The position numbers and the translations under genes are program-made. Of a stretch of DNA of 64,000 nt, positions 11,881 to 23,849 are shown one piece after another. Location of the stretch: positions 26,164,001 through 26,228,000 of the forward strand of contig NC_082731.1 in assembly GCF_030144855.1 (NCBI RefSeq). Direction: 5' to 3'. The DNA comes from Hypanus sabinus. Taxonomy: Eukaryota. The stretch's first letter is position 1; each line of letters opens with the position of its first letter. The notes below the pieces were generated by a model. The model was not told where the DNA came from. It searched no databases and worked only from the letters and a program-made list of their open reading frames with translations.

Positions 11881-13617
11881 AGATGAACATGCCCTTTTTT
11901 TCCAGACGAAACTGGGTTGTTAATTGTATTTTACAGCGCATATATATTTCAAGTTTTATGTGCTTTATTAGTGTTATAGAAACGTTTCGATCAAAAGGAT
12001 GCTATTTCATTCAATTTGGCCGAAGCAACTCTTTGAAATTGCTGGTCACTTAAAGCTCATCTTCCACTCCTATCCCACCAAGCCCACCTTTTGCAATGTC
12101 CTACATTTCTTTCTCACATTGCTTTAGAAATCAGCCTAAATATTAAACTCCTTTCTGAATTGCAGTGAACGTATGGACAAATTATTGCGATGCTGTTATT
12201 TGCAGGGGCTTTAAAATGGCTGCCTTGTGTTACCTGTATGATGGCTGGAGAATGAAATTTTTCCATAAGATCAAAAGACGCGAGGGCAGAATTAGGCCAT
12301 TCAGCCTTGGCTTATGTCAACCAGCCAAAGAATAAGCATAATTAGGATCATGCATCAGGCGGGAAATGTGATATCATTCTGCGTACCTATGCAATCACTC
12401 GTACTTCCTTTCTATGCTGCCGTTCTATCTAATTAAACGAAATGCTGGATGCCGAACAGCAATTTCTGATTTCGTAAATGCTAAGAATTTTGTTTTTACC
12501 AGGGATTAGCTCCGTCATTATATTGCCTGTCTCTTTACATACAAGTAATTTGTTTTATTATTACTATCAACGCAGCTGAAAATCAAATATATATTTAATG
12601 TTTTGCTCAGTGAGAAATAAGCTCTTCCAATAATTTCAGTGACTCTGTCCAGTAATAATATGTTTTCTGTTCTTTTATTTGCGATGATGAATAAATATGC
12701 TGCTTTAGTGATTCCTGGTTTCCATTTATCTCTATTCAAAATGGTCTGAACTGAATTAATGCCATTGACATGGGAACTATGTAATACTTGCAACACATTG
12801 AGAAATGTTGGAGCCTTTGGAAATGTTGGACGTTAATCTCTTAATGGGATGATGAGGGTGACGCTAACGGCGTTCTCAGACCCAGTTGTATAAGATAGGG
12901 GAGGGTATGAGGGGGGTTACAGAATATTTACCCAACAAATGTTTGCCTCTATCGGGATGGTGAGTATCTAGGCAGAGTACTTGGGATTGATGGTATCCTC
13001 GTGCGCGTCTTGAGGCTGCCTTCCGGGGAGATGGACAGTGAAAGTTATAGGGAGTCTGATGGAGAAGCCTTATATCAGTCCATTTTATGAGTGATACACG
13101 CACTACACATACGCTACATAAATAGTGGGAATGCCAAATATATGACGCATTTTGAGCACGTTTGTTGAATGCTGTGCAATTTGTTCTGTACTTTCAATGC
13201 CAACAAGTTGCCTTTTCTATCGAACTCTGAGCATTTTGCTATGAAACCCCCACATCTTTTTCTGCACTCTGAAGACAGCAATCCCTCTAAATAAAGTGGG
13301 TTCACTCCGTACCCCTTTTATTCCCTGGACTCTCCAATGGACTGATATCATTCCCTATGTCTGGAAGCTCTCTCTCTCTTACGCGTTCCATCCACGTACC
13401 AACATCACAGTTTACAGCCATGTCACCTATCCTCTTCTCCATCTAGCACTGGTTTCATTTCTGCCTTGAAGACTCAAAGGAATATCTTCCTTAATTACCA
13501 CATTCCAGTACAGTTACCCTTTGTGTTCCAGCATAATACACGCAACTTTCTCCTTCCACTGTCCCCTCTTGACTCCCCTTGCAGTTTCTGACTCTTTTCA
13601 TCTATTATTAACCTGTG

Positions 13618-13800
13618 TACACACACAAAAAGTTTGAGCAACTCAGCAGGACAATCGAGTTTTCAGGCCGAGACTCTCCATCAGGTCCGAAATGTCGACT
13701 TGTTTACTCTTTTCCATAGACTCTGCGTGGTCTGCCGAGTTACTTCAACATTCTGCTTGTGTTGCTTTGATTTCCAGCATCTGAGCATTTTCAGTTGTTT
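13618..13800. mobile_element. Inverted pair of Penelope-like terminal fragments
   Basis: The left arm (13618-13685) matches the PLE terminus on the - strand and the right arm (13687-13800) matches it on the + strand. Both resemble 53880-53975 and 63226-63347. Confidence 0.65.
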
Positions 13801-13829
13801 GTCAATCTGCCGAATCCAACGACATGCAC

Positions 13830-14470
13830 AGGGACCATAGCCCTAGATAAATATCCCATCCATGTACACATACAATGTTAAAAATCGAACCCGCATCTAT
13901 CACTTCTGCTGACAGCCGCTTCATCACTTTCAGCATCTTCTGAGTCAAGGTGCTCTCCTGAAACATTTGACCTTTTACACTTAACCCATGACCTTTAGTG
14001 TTGACCAATTGCAGTGGAGAAACCCTGCTTGAAATTACCCCACCTATATCGCTCTAACTGGGGTTCTAAGTTCTGGCAACATCCTTGATTTTTTTTCTCT
14101 GCACTTTTTCCAATCGATTTAACATCTTTCCCTATTTTAATGTAACCATATAATACTACAAATTGGTCCACACTAACGTCTTGTAGCATTTCAACATAAC
14201 AGCACCATTCGGGTACCCAGATCTTTGATTTCTAAAAGCCAATGTGCCGAAGGCTGTATTTACCACCCTATCTAACTGTGAGACCAATTTCAAAGAAATT
14301 TGGATCTGTATTCCCAGATCCCTCTGTTCTACTGCGCTGTTCAGAGTCCTGCCGCTCGCTGAATAAGTCCTACCCTGTTTTACCGAACTAAAGTGCACAG
14401 CTCGCACTTCAAAGCCATTGATCAGTCCATATTCCAGATGGTCCAGATACTCCTGCCCACTATACCCCAT
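13830..14470 (-). mobile_element. Decayed CR1 RT fragment
   Basis: ORF 14156-14497 contains ...AVEQRDLGIQIQISLKLVSQLDRVVNTAFGTLAF..., homologous to the CR1 copies at 6.5 kb and 28 kb. Confidence 0.8.
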
Positions 14471-15394
14471 TCCAGTACCCATCCCCATATTTTCCAATCC
14501 ATTTTACATTATTATCTCGATCGTTGATCGTTGAAAAACAGCAACTGCCTTATTACAGATACTGACTGTGCACCACTGTTCGCAGGTGTCCAGTCATAAA
14601 GAAAACTATCGACGATCACTCTCTGGCTTCTTCCTCGGGGCCAATATCTGAAGCACTTCACTACTTCCGCTTAAATGAACCTTTTTGACCAACCTCCTTT
14701 GTGGGACATTTTAAATGCCTTTCTAAACATACAGACGGCATCCACTGCTCCTTTGCCTCAATTCTACAGACTTTCTCGATTAAATACAGATGCAGAATGT
14801 GAATTTATGATCTCCCCATAACTTTAGGTTCTATGCATAGATGATCAGTCTGATCTTCCAATTTTGTCCCTTGCTGTCCATTCTTTCTTAATATATCTGC
14901 AGAAGCTCGTGCTCATTGAAATTGTCTGACAGAGAAACATCATGCATTCTTTTAGCCATCCTGATTTCTTTATTGTTTTTTCTTGCATTTCTTATAATTT
15001 TACATTTGCCTCCTTTCTGCCTATACCTTTTGTGCAACTCAATCTTTTTTCTAAACCAGGTCCTCCATATCTCTCGATAAACAAGATTCTCTAAACTTGT
15101 TATATTTGACTTTTTTTTCTGATAATTCTGCATCAACCCGCTTACTCCCAGATTTGAGTGTATCAAGCAATTCCCCTCCCCCACAGGTGTTCCTCAACCC
15201 GCTCTGGTCCTCCAGCAGTTGGTTACTCCAGGTCCCAGCACCTAGATATCTTATGTATTCAATAATCCAAGTGTAAATACGTTAATTGTTTTTCTTCCAT
15301 AGACGCTGCACGATCTGCTGAATTTTTCCAGCAGTTTTCATTTTCGACACTTCACGTTGGCTTTCTTACTCTAGCGCTACCATGGGTGAACGCT

Positions 15395-15540
15395 AGCCAA
15401 TGGAACCTCTCATCCCGAAGACCTTGGTTGGATCCTGATCTTTAGTGCGGTCTGAGTGGAGGTTACACATTCTCCCTGTGACCACATGGTTTTCTTCTTG
15501 GTGCTCCAATCTCCTCCCACTTCCCAGAAAGGTTAATTAG
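15395..15540 (+). mobile_element. Decayed HE1/MER6-like SINE
   Basis: ggttggatcctgatctttagtgcggtctgagtggaggttacacattctccctgtgaccacatggttttcttcttggtgctccaatctcctcccacttcccagaaagg. Confidence 0.6.
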
Positions 15541-16409
15541 CTGAAGTAAATTGCCCTTCTTAGGCGAGTAGTCGAATTGAAAATAAGGGGAATCTGACGA
15601 TGATGTGGGGAAAATATAACAATGGGACTAATGGACGTAAATGCATGGTGACTTGTTGATGTAAATTATGTGACACTGAAGGATCTTTTTCCATGCTGTA
15701 TCGCTCTCCGACGCTACGTTTGGCTCAGCAGGTTCTACCATTTTATCCTACGTGGATCAGCCTCTCCGACAAATGCATCCTACGAATTTACCATTAACAA
15801 CGCAGTACACAAGCCAATAACCATACTGTCCTGACAACAGCCACCATCAAGTCATTTCGACTTGTTATAACACAAACATCCCTTTATTGAACCTCCGTAG
15901 TCTCTCCCATTGAAAGCAAACTTGCACCTCTATGTTTTTCATTTGCAAACTATAAATCCGAAACCTTGACTGTTACTGTCCCCTGCGACCCTGCCTGATT
16001 TGCCAAACTTTTCTGAGTATTTTCTGTATTTGTATCAAATTTCCAGACTCTGCGGGATATTTCACTTTTTCCTTTAAAACGTCACTTTTATGTTGCTCTG
16101 TGATTCCCTCCGGTTGCCCATTATTTTTATCCAGCTAAACATTTATAGAAATCTACCCCAATATCCAAACTAAACGCAATTGCCTACTTATAACAATAAG
16201 AAGTGATATAATTGCATTCTGTTTTAAACATGCGAAATGATGAATAACTAACTTGCTAAATAAACGTTTTTATAATTTTTCGCCTAATTTAACAGACTCA
16301 GGTCTCTGTGGCCTAGACCTGCCTGTGGACTAACAAGATAATATATCTTGTAAAACTTACTTTAAAATCAACCGGTAGCAATAGAGTTAACAGGTTTCGA
16401 CATGAACAG

Positions 16410-16790
16410 GGTGCTGATAAGTAGAGACGAGCTACGTCTTGATTGGTGGAACCAGATGCCTGGTTGACATGACAACCAACGGCAGCCGGAAATGTATTGG
16501 AGTTGTGGTTTTAGCAAATGCTCTGGCAAAATGAGTTCATTTGCACAAACGGAAAAACTGCGGTTTCATCAGCTCCGAATAGAAACTAGAGAAGCGAGAT
16601 AGCAGTTAAGGCAAGGGATATTGCGGACGGATGCTGCAATAAGCAAGAAAACGAAATATTGTCAAGATTAACTAAAAAGTCAGCCTGCAAAAGAACTGTT
16701 TTTATACATAACAAACCTATCTCTTCTTAGCAACAACCAAAGGGAATTAATTGTCGCATGGCTATATTCCATGTCTGTGAACCACAGCTT
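16410..16790. promoter_or_regulatory. Candidate T-cell enhancer or promoter (Myb/Ets/Runx/E-box/GATA cluster)
   Basis: TGATAA 16415, ATTGG 16442, CAGATG 16453, CAACGG (Myb) 16477, CCGGAAAT (Ets) 16486, TGTGGTT (Runx) 16504, CAAATG 16515, CATTTG 16538, ATTTGCAC (octamer 7/8) 16539, TGCGGTT (Runx) 16559, AACCACA (Runx) 16780. Lies in non-repetitive DNA. Confidence 0.45.
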
Positions 16791-17824
16791 ATTATTTGTT
16801 TTCTTAAAGAAAACCTCCTCCCCAGTTACTTGAAAACAATTTATCTTTACCAAATATATACTAATTATTTTCGTTATCGAATCAGCTTCTCCGAATGGTA
16901 AAACATTTGAGTCAAATTAATATTTATAAATGTTTCACTACACCTATTTTTAAATCGTCTGCAGGCCCCTACATTCATTTACGAATATAAAGAATGAGAT
17001 ATAAATTCAATACAGTAAGAATTTTTTTCAAGCAAGTAACCAAGTAATCTAATACTGTGAAGCAAAACGGGTAGCTGTTCGTCTGCAGCAGCAGCGCTAA
17101 CGTGCATTTTTTCGACTCAACCCCTGCCCTTTTCCCAGGTCCCTGCAGAAGAAAGATCTCATACTCAAACGCAAAGAGTTCTCAGACTTAAACTTGATCT
17201 GCTCTTGTTTCGGAGTCTTAAGGCTTCTCATCCAACCATTGATTTAAAAAACTGTTGTTTGTATTGAGGTGGCAGTGCAGTTTTGTGTTAGGTTTTATAC
17301 ATAAAACCATGAACCTTGATTCCTTTTTCCGTGTTCATTGTTAAATTCAAATTGGTATTACTGTGAAAAGCAGTCTGGGCAAGGAAAGGATGTGTTGTGC
17401 GAAGTGATGGGACTTCTTTTTTCAATCAATGTTACCTCGCTAACGTAATACCGATCAGATTTTAATAGCTATAAGCTCCTTTGTGACCTTCGAAGAGGAC
17501 ATGAATGGTGCTATGTAATAGCAGATCTTAGTTATCAACTGTGTAACCAATATCGTCACTGAACATGCTTCTTTCAAAACATCGCGCTGTATTTTTCTAA
17601 AATCAATTGATTAAAAGCTCAGACTATGTAATCTGATTCCGAGATCAATTTGAACGTCAGTTGCTGGAATTAAGGAAAAATGTCTCTAATCAGTATGCTT
17701 CTTTGCCGCCCACACCTAATAAACCTGGAGACTGATGCTGATTTCGGATTCTACTTTGCTGGAGATAGCATGGTGAAAGCATTTGACTTTGGAGATTCCT
17801 GTGGCCATACTGTATGAGGTTTGA

Positions 17825-17960
17825 CACAGCTGCCTCAAATTTCCAGCTGACGGTTCAACGTTGACCGCCAGTACTGTCCCCGTATGGTTCACACTTTCTC
17901 CCTGCGACTGCATAAGCTCCCTGGACATCACGATTTCCCTCTCCAACTCAAAGAATTGAC
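17825..17960 (+). mobile_element. Decayed HE1/MER6-like SINE
   Basis: cagctgcctcaaatttccagctgacggttcaacgttgacc...gttcacactttctccctgcgactgcataag, same family as the 495 and 15400 copies. Confidence 0.55.
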
Positions 17961-18189
17961 AAAGAAAGTTGTCAAAGCAAGTTATTTTTCTTCTCAGCGG
18001 CTGAAGGATGAAGGTGAAGTCAATGGGCCTATGAGAAAGAGAAGGTGACAAAGAAGTAAGTGGGGCTCTGATTCGAAATATCTAGATAGGCCGAATGACC
18101 TGTTATTGTACAGTGAGGGGATATGAGCCAGATTGACAGAAACATACATAGCGAATTGCAGCATATTACACGCCCTACGTCCACCATAT

Positions 18190-18640
18190 TGTGCCGACCA
18201 TGTAACCTACTCTAGAAACTGCCTAGAATGTCCTTAGCGCATAGCCTTCTACTTTTCCACGCTCCATGTACCTAACTAAGAGGCTCTTAAAAAGCCCTAT
18301 TGTATCCGCTTCCACCACCGCCGCCAGCAGTGCATTCCACGCACTCTGTGTGAAAATCTTACCCCGATACCTATTTCCAAGCACCTTAAAACTATGCTCC
18401 CTGGTGTTAGCCATTTCAGCCCTGGGAAAACCCTCTGGCTATCCATGCTATCAATGACCCTCATCATCTTATACAACAGGTCACCTCTCATCGTCTGTCG
18501 CTCCAAAGAGAAAAGGCCAAATACACTCAACCTTCTCATAAGATAGGCCCTACAATTTAGAAAACATCCTTGTAAATCTCCTCTGCACTCTCCCTACAGT
18601 ATGCACATCTTTCCTGTAGTGATGTGACCAGAACTGAAAT
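18190..18640 (-). mobile_element. CR1 LINE 3' fragment
   Basis: ORFs REHSFKVLGNRYRGKIFTQSAWNALLAAVVEADTIGLFKSLLVRYMER and LFSLERQTMRGDL, typical of the CR1 ORF2 C-terminus. Confidence 0.85.
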
Positions 18641-19257
18641 AGATATAAAAAATCCGGTTATACATTTTGGGAGAGTAATAACATGTGCAAAGAACGGGTC
18701 AGCGTGTGCGGAAGAAGATGAAAAACGTGGATCATAAATCCAAAGATTACTGAAGGTAGATGATTGCTACATAAGGAGTCTAGGAAGACAGGTGATTAGT
18801 TGCCTTTGTTGGTTGGTGTATGGAATCGTTGGAGCAGAAACATCATCCAAAACATTAGATGGCAGATGGATTGTTATTTTGCTACAGTATAGGTAGGATA
18901 TGTTTGAATTAGATAGTATGCAAACGAGAATGAAAATGATTTTACCCGGGAGGGAGCGTTTGTCTGATGCAAAGAGACTGGGGAGACTGACAGTGTTACT
19001 TGGGGCGGTGAAGGCGGGGAAAGGGGGACCCAGTAGAATGGTACACAATTATTAGGCTAAAGAGATGGAGAAAAATAATTGTCCTATACCGTTGTTTATA
19101 GCCAGATGGAGGAGTTTCACCAGAAATAATAGGTTTTGAGGGTATCATAGCGTCAACGATAGTCAACGGGCCCTTCATCCATTGCCCATACCGACAATGA
19201 TCCCAGTGTGCACTAATCCAAATAGCCTTCGTCACACTCGCATCTCTTTGCTCTATT

Positions 19258-22200
19258 TGTTACACGAGCGTGGCGATGGACGAACCCAGGTGCAGAATAC
19301 AGGCGCGGAGGCAGATTCGGGAGGCGTTATTGACGTAGCGAGCATGGAATCGGTATCTAGGAGCGATGCTAGACTTAGAAATGCCAGTCCTAAGAACCAT
19401 GAAACGAGGTTACAAACACCGGAGTCGACCAACGAACTGGCAGTTCCCTGTTGTGTTTCAAGGGATTTTATCCTGCAGTTACTGATGGGAAGCAGGTGTG
19501 TGTGATTTGCCGAATTAGGAATGATTGGAAATCAGGCAAGGGGGTTAGGGCCCTATTAAAGAGGTAATAAGGAATTGCCAGGCGGGAATGATAACAATAC
19601 CCCTCCTTCAACGGGAGCCTCCAGGCGATCCTCCAGGCCTGTTTAGATGGTCCCAATGAAAATTCTGGATGAGGGACTGCTCTAGGATGAAGATGCGGGG
19701 AGCCCAGGAACGCTATTCTGGACCGTACCCTTCCCAGTCTACGAGGTATTGGAAACCCCTGTCCCTACGGCGCACGTCCAGTAGTCCTCGGACAGTGTAT
19801 ACCAGATGGTTGTCGATGATACTGGCAGTTGGGGGGTCTCAGACGGGGACACGGGGCTGAAGGGGACTGGCTTTAACTGGGAAACATGAAAAGTCGGGTG
19901 GAAGCGCATAGATCTTGGTAGTTTTAGGAGGGCCGCTGCGGGATTGATAACACTTTCGACCTTGAATGGTCCCAGGACGTGACGGGCGAGTTTCCTATGT
20001 TTGTTCTGGAGCTGGATGCCCTTGGATGAAAGCCACGCCATCTGCCCCGGTTGGTACTCCGGCGCCGGGGTCCGGTGTGTGTCAGCCGTCTTCTTATTGC
20101 GTTTTGCTGACCTGAGTAAGGCCGTGCATGACACCTCCCAAACCTTAAGGCACCGATCAGTGTGGTCCTGAACAGACGGTATCGCAATCTCCTTTCCTTG
20201 CGCGGGGAAAGCGGGTTTTGGAGCCCGAGGGAACACTCGAATGGAGACATTCCAACGGCCGTTACACAACGTAGCGTCGCCTCCAGGTCTTGGTCGACCC
20301 CTTCCGTCTGCCCGTTCGTCTGGTGGTGGAAGCCAGATAACAGGCTGACCGATGCACTTAAGGCTTGACAGAAGGCCTTCCGTACCTGTGAGACAAACTG
20401 GGGACCTCGAATGGAGACGATGTCCGTGGGGATTCCGGGGTGGCGGAAGATGTGCCGGACGAGAATATCTGCGGTTTCTTGAGAGGAAGGTAGTTCAGAG
20501 AAGGCTACAAAGTGCACCGCTTTGAAGAACCGGTCTACCACGGTGAGTACGGTGCTGTTCCCATGTTAATGGAGTAGACCAGTGACGAGGTCTAGGGCGA
20601 TATGTGACAAAGGATGACTAGGGACAGGTAGAGAACGAAATAAAGCCGCGGGCTTTTTCCCCGGGCACAGGTGGAACATGCCGAGACATAGGAGCGTGTA
20701 TCCGCCACAATGGACGGCCACCAAAAGTGTTCTTTTCAGGTGCGCTCGAGGCCGATCACTCCCGGGGTGGCAGGCGAAACTAGACGTGTGTCCTCAATGG
20801 AGAACATGAGACCCGACGGAAATGGGAAAAGGACAGGTGTATGCCCGGTCCATTACCGGAGTAAGGGTCATCACATTGGGCTTCATTTACTCTGGACTAG
20901 ATCTCCCAAGTGCGGGTGGCAACCACGCAGGATGCTGGGAGGATAGTCCCTGAGCTGGAAGTGTCCTCCTTGGAGTCGTATTGGTGGGAGAGCGCGTCAG
21001 GCTTCCTGTACTTGGACACTGGACGGGATGTGAAGGAAAACTTGAACCGTACAAAAAATAATGCCAAACGGTCCTGGCGGGAGTTCAAACGTTTGGCGGT
21101 CTGAATATACCCCAGGTTTTTATGATCAGTCCATACCACAAACCGTTGTTCTGCCCCCTCTAGCCAATGCCTCCATTCTTCCAATGCTAGTTTGACAGCC
21201 GGTGGTTCCCGATTCCCCACATCATAATTCCGCTCATCGGGGGAAAAGTCGGCGAGAATTGAAGGCGCAGGAGTGAAGCTTGTCGTCCAGACTTGATCGT
21301 TCGGATAGGACTGCTCCTATCCCGGAGTCAGAGGCGTCCATCTCGACAATGAATTGACGGACTGAGTCCCGACGGAGCAGGATGGGAGCGGTGGTGAAAC
21401 GGTTCCTCAGGTCACTGAACGCCGAGTCAGCTTCGGAGTTCCAACAGAATGGGGTAGTAGACGAGGTAAGCCGGGTAAGAGAGGCTACCACTCGACTGTA
21501 GTCTCTGATAAATCGGCGGTAGAAATTTGCAAACCCCAGCAATCGTTGGAGTTTTTCCGGGTCGTGGGCCTAGGCCATTTTTCCACTGCCCGGATCTTCT
21601 CGGGGTCTACTCTCATCTGCCCGTTCTCAATGATATAACCCAGGAAGCTGACCGAAGGAACATCGAACTCACATTTCTCCGCCTTCAAAAATAATTGTTT
21701 TTCCCACCGTCTCTGGAGGACTTGACGAACATGGTGAACGTGTTCTTGGGGAGCTAGAAAATATCAGGATATCATCGAGGTAAACGAATACGAACCGATT
21801 AATAAGGTCCCTCAATACTCCATTAATGAGGGTTTGAAAAACGTCGGGAGCATCAGTGAGGCAAAACGGCATGTCCAAATATTCGAAGTGGTCCAGAGGT
21901 GTATTAAAGGCCGTCCTTCACTCGTCCCCCTCTCTCACCCTGACTGGATGTTAGGCGTTCCAAAGGCCCAGCATTCAGAAAATGCTGGCTCAATGCAATG
22001 GTTCAAAACCCGAACTGATCAGTGGTAGAGGGAACTTAGTCTCAACTGTCATACTGCTTAGGCCTCTGTAGTCAATGCAAAGACGAAGCGACCCGTCCTT
22101 CTTTTCTACAAAGGAGAAACCGGCGCCTACCGGGGAACATGAAGGTCTGAATAATGCCCGCCGCGAGGGACTGGCTGATGTACTTCTCCATGGCCTCTTA

Positions 22201-23849
22201 CTCCGGACGGGATAGGTTAAAAAGGAGATTGGTGGGTATCGAGGCCTCGGGGAGAAGGTCGATTGCACAATCACATGGGCGATGCGGAGGTAGGGAAAGG
22301 GTCCTTTGTTTACTGAATACCGGTCCCAGCTCATGGTATTCCGTGGGGACTCGGGACAAATCGAGGGGTTCCGAGATCAGCGGGGTCGCGTAGCTTCACT
22401 GGGAGATGTGGCTGACCGCAGACTGTTGGCGTGGCAAGACTGGCTCCATTCGGATATCCTCCCGATGGACCAGTCGATGTGGGGATTGTGTTGGGTCAGC
22501 CATGGATACCCTAGATCTACCGGGGCTTGAGGTGAACGAATGAGACTGAATCCTACCTCCTCCCGATCGTTGCCGGATAGGATCAAGGTCAGGGCCGGCG
22601 CACAGTGGGTCACCCGAGCCAGCAGTTTTCCGTCCAAGAGGGTAGTTATCGGCTCGTGCAGTATTCCAGCCTGGGAGGCTATGTCTTCGTCAAGTAGATT
22701 GCCCTCGGCACCGGAATCCTCCAAAGCGTATAGGGACAGAGACTGTCATTGGTAATTCACGGTAGCTGGGATCTGCATTCGAGTCTGGGGGGGTGGGGGC
22801 GGGGTGGGAGGACTGAAGGGAGTATCTTCCGGCTCACCATGTACCATTCTTTTTTCACTGCTGCCCTCCCTTTTGGCCGCTGAGGGCAGGTATCCTGGAA
22901 ATGTCTTGGATGGCCACAATAGAAACAGTCCCCATCTCTCCACCTCCGAAATCGTTCGACCGGGGAGAGACGGCTCTGTCCCAGCTGCATCGGTTACTTC
23001 CACAGCGTGGGGGTGGGGTGGGTGGGGTACGGTCGGAGAAGGACCTACACTTGGAGAGTCTGGGGAAGGGAGGCTGGCTGTGACTGATAAGTGGGCTTCC
23101 CCGAGGAGCGCGGCAACTGGTTCTTTCACTCAGCCACTCTTGGTCAATAATCCAATCTAGTGGCAAGTGAGATCAGAGAGTCAGATAGTCCGTGTCCTGC
23201 CTCGCTGTCAGTTCATCCTTTATTTTGTCCCAGACGCCCTGTAGAAACAGCTCCCGTAGGGCCACATCAGTCCACCCTGAGTCTGCGGCTAAGGTTCGGA
23301 AATCGCTAGAATACCTTGCTGCACTTCGCGAACACTGACAAAGAGTCAGCAAGCGTTTAGCGGCGTCTGTACCTCGAGTGGGTTTTTCGAAGACCTTCCT
23401 CATTTCAGCAAAAAAGTAGAAGAAGGAGAAACAATCCTCTAGTCGGTTTTCCCGTATCGTGGTTGCCCAAACCAAGGCATCCCCTCGTAACAGCCCCTCG
23501 GGCCTGTTGTACGGGATCATTATGGGCAGTATGTTCGGTTACACAAGCGTGCCGGTGGACGAACCCAGCTGCAGAGCACAGGCGCAGAGGCAGAGTCGGG
23601 AGGCGTTATTGACGTAACAAGCGTGGAATCGATATCCAAGAGCGAAGCTAGACTTAGAACTGGCAGTCCTAAGAACCAGGAAACGAGGTTACTCACACCG
23701 GTTCTTATGTTTCCAGGGCGTTTATCCTTCAGTTACTGATGTGAAGCAGGTGTGTGTGATTTGCCGAATTAGGAATGATTGAAAATCAGGCAAGGGGGTT
23801 AGAACCCGATTAAAGAGGCAATGGGGAATTGCCAGACCGAACCATGACA
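19258..23849 (-). mobile_element. Near-full-length Ty3/Gypsy chromovirus (Sushi-like), decayed, with both LTRs and TSD
   Basis: LTRs 19258-19596 (TGTTAC...ATAACA) and 23537-23849; 5-bp TSD CTATT at 19253-19257 and 23850-23854; PPT beside 19597. Gag (LCQCSRSAARYSSDFRTLAA, knuckle CFYCGHPRHFQDTC), protease (EDSGAEGNLLD), RT ([21 protein letters not shown]), RNase H ([13 protein letters not shown]), integrase and a terminal chromodomain ([28 protein letters not shown]). Confidence 0.95.

Noticed and set aside
12206-12255. tgcag|gggct... as an additional TRDC coding exon
   Set aside because: The true TM exon with its stop is at 10448-10558; this frame is short with no TCR motif.
17139-17380. Decayed V segment (VPAEERSHTQTQ...LY*...YYC)
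   Set aside because: Wrong acceptor phase, only about 32 codons between the putative Trp and YYC, and no RSS.
17716-18051. Inverted V-delta (ORF with GESVNHT)
   Set aside because: The sequence is a decayed HE1/MER6-like SINE read backwards; no Cys/Trp framework or RSS.
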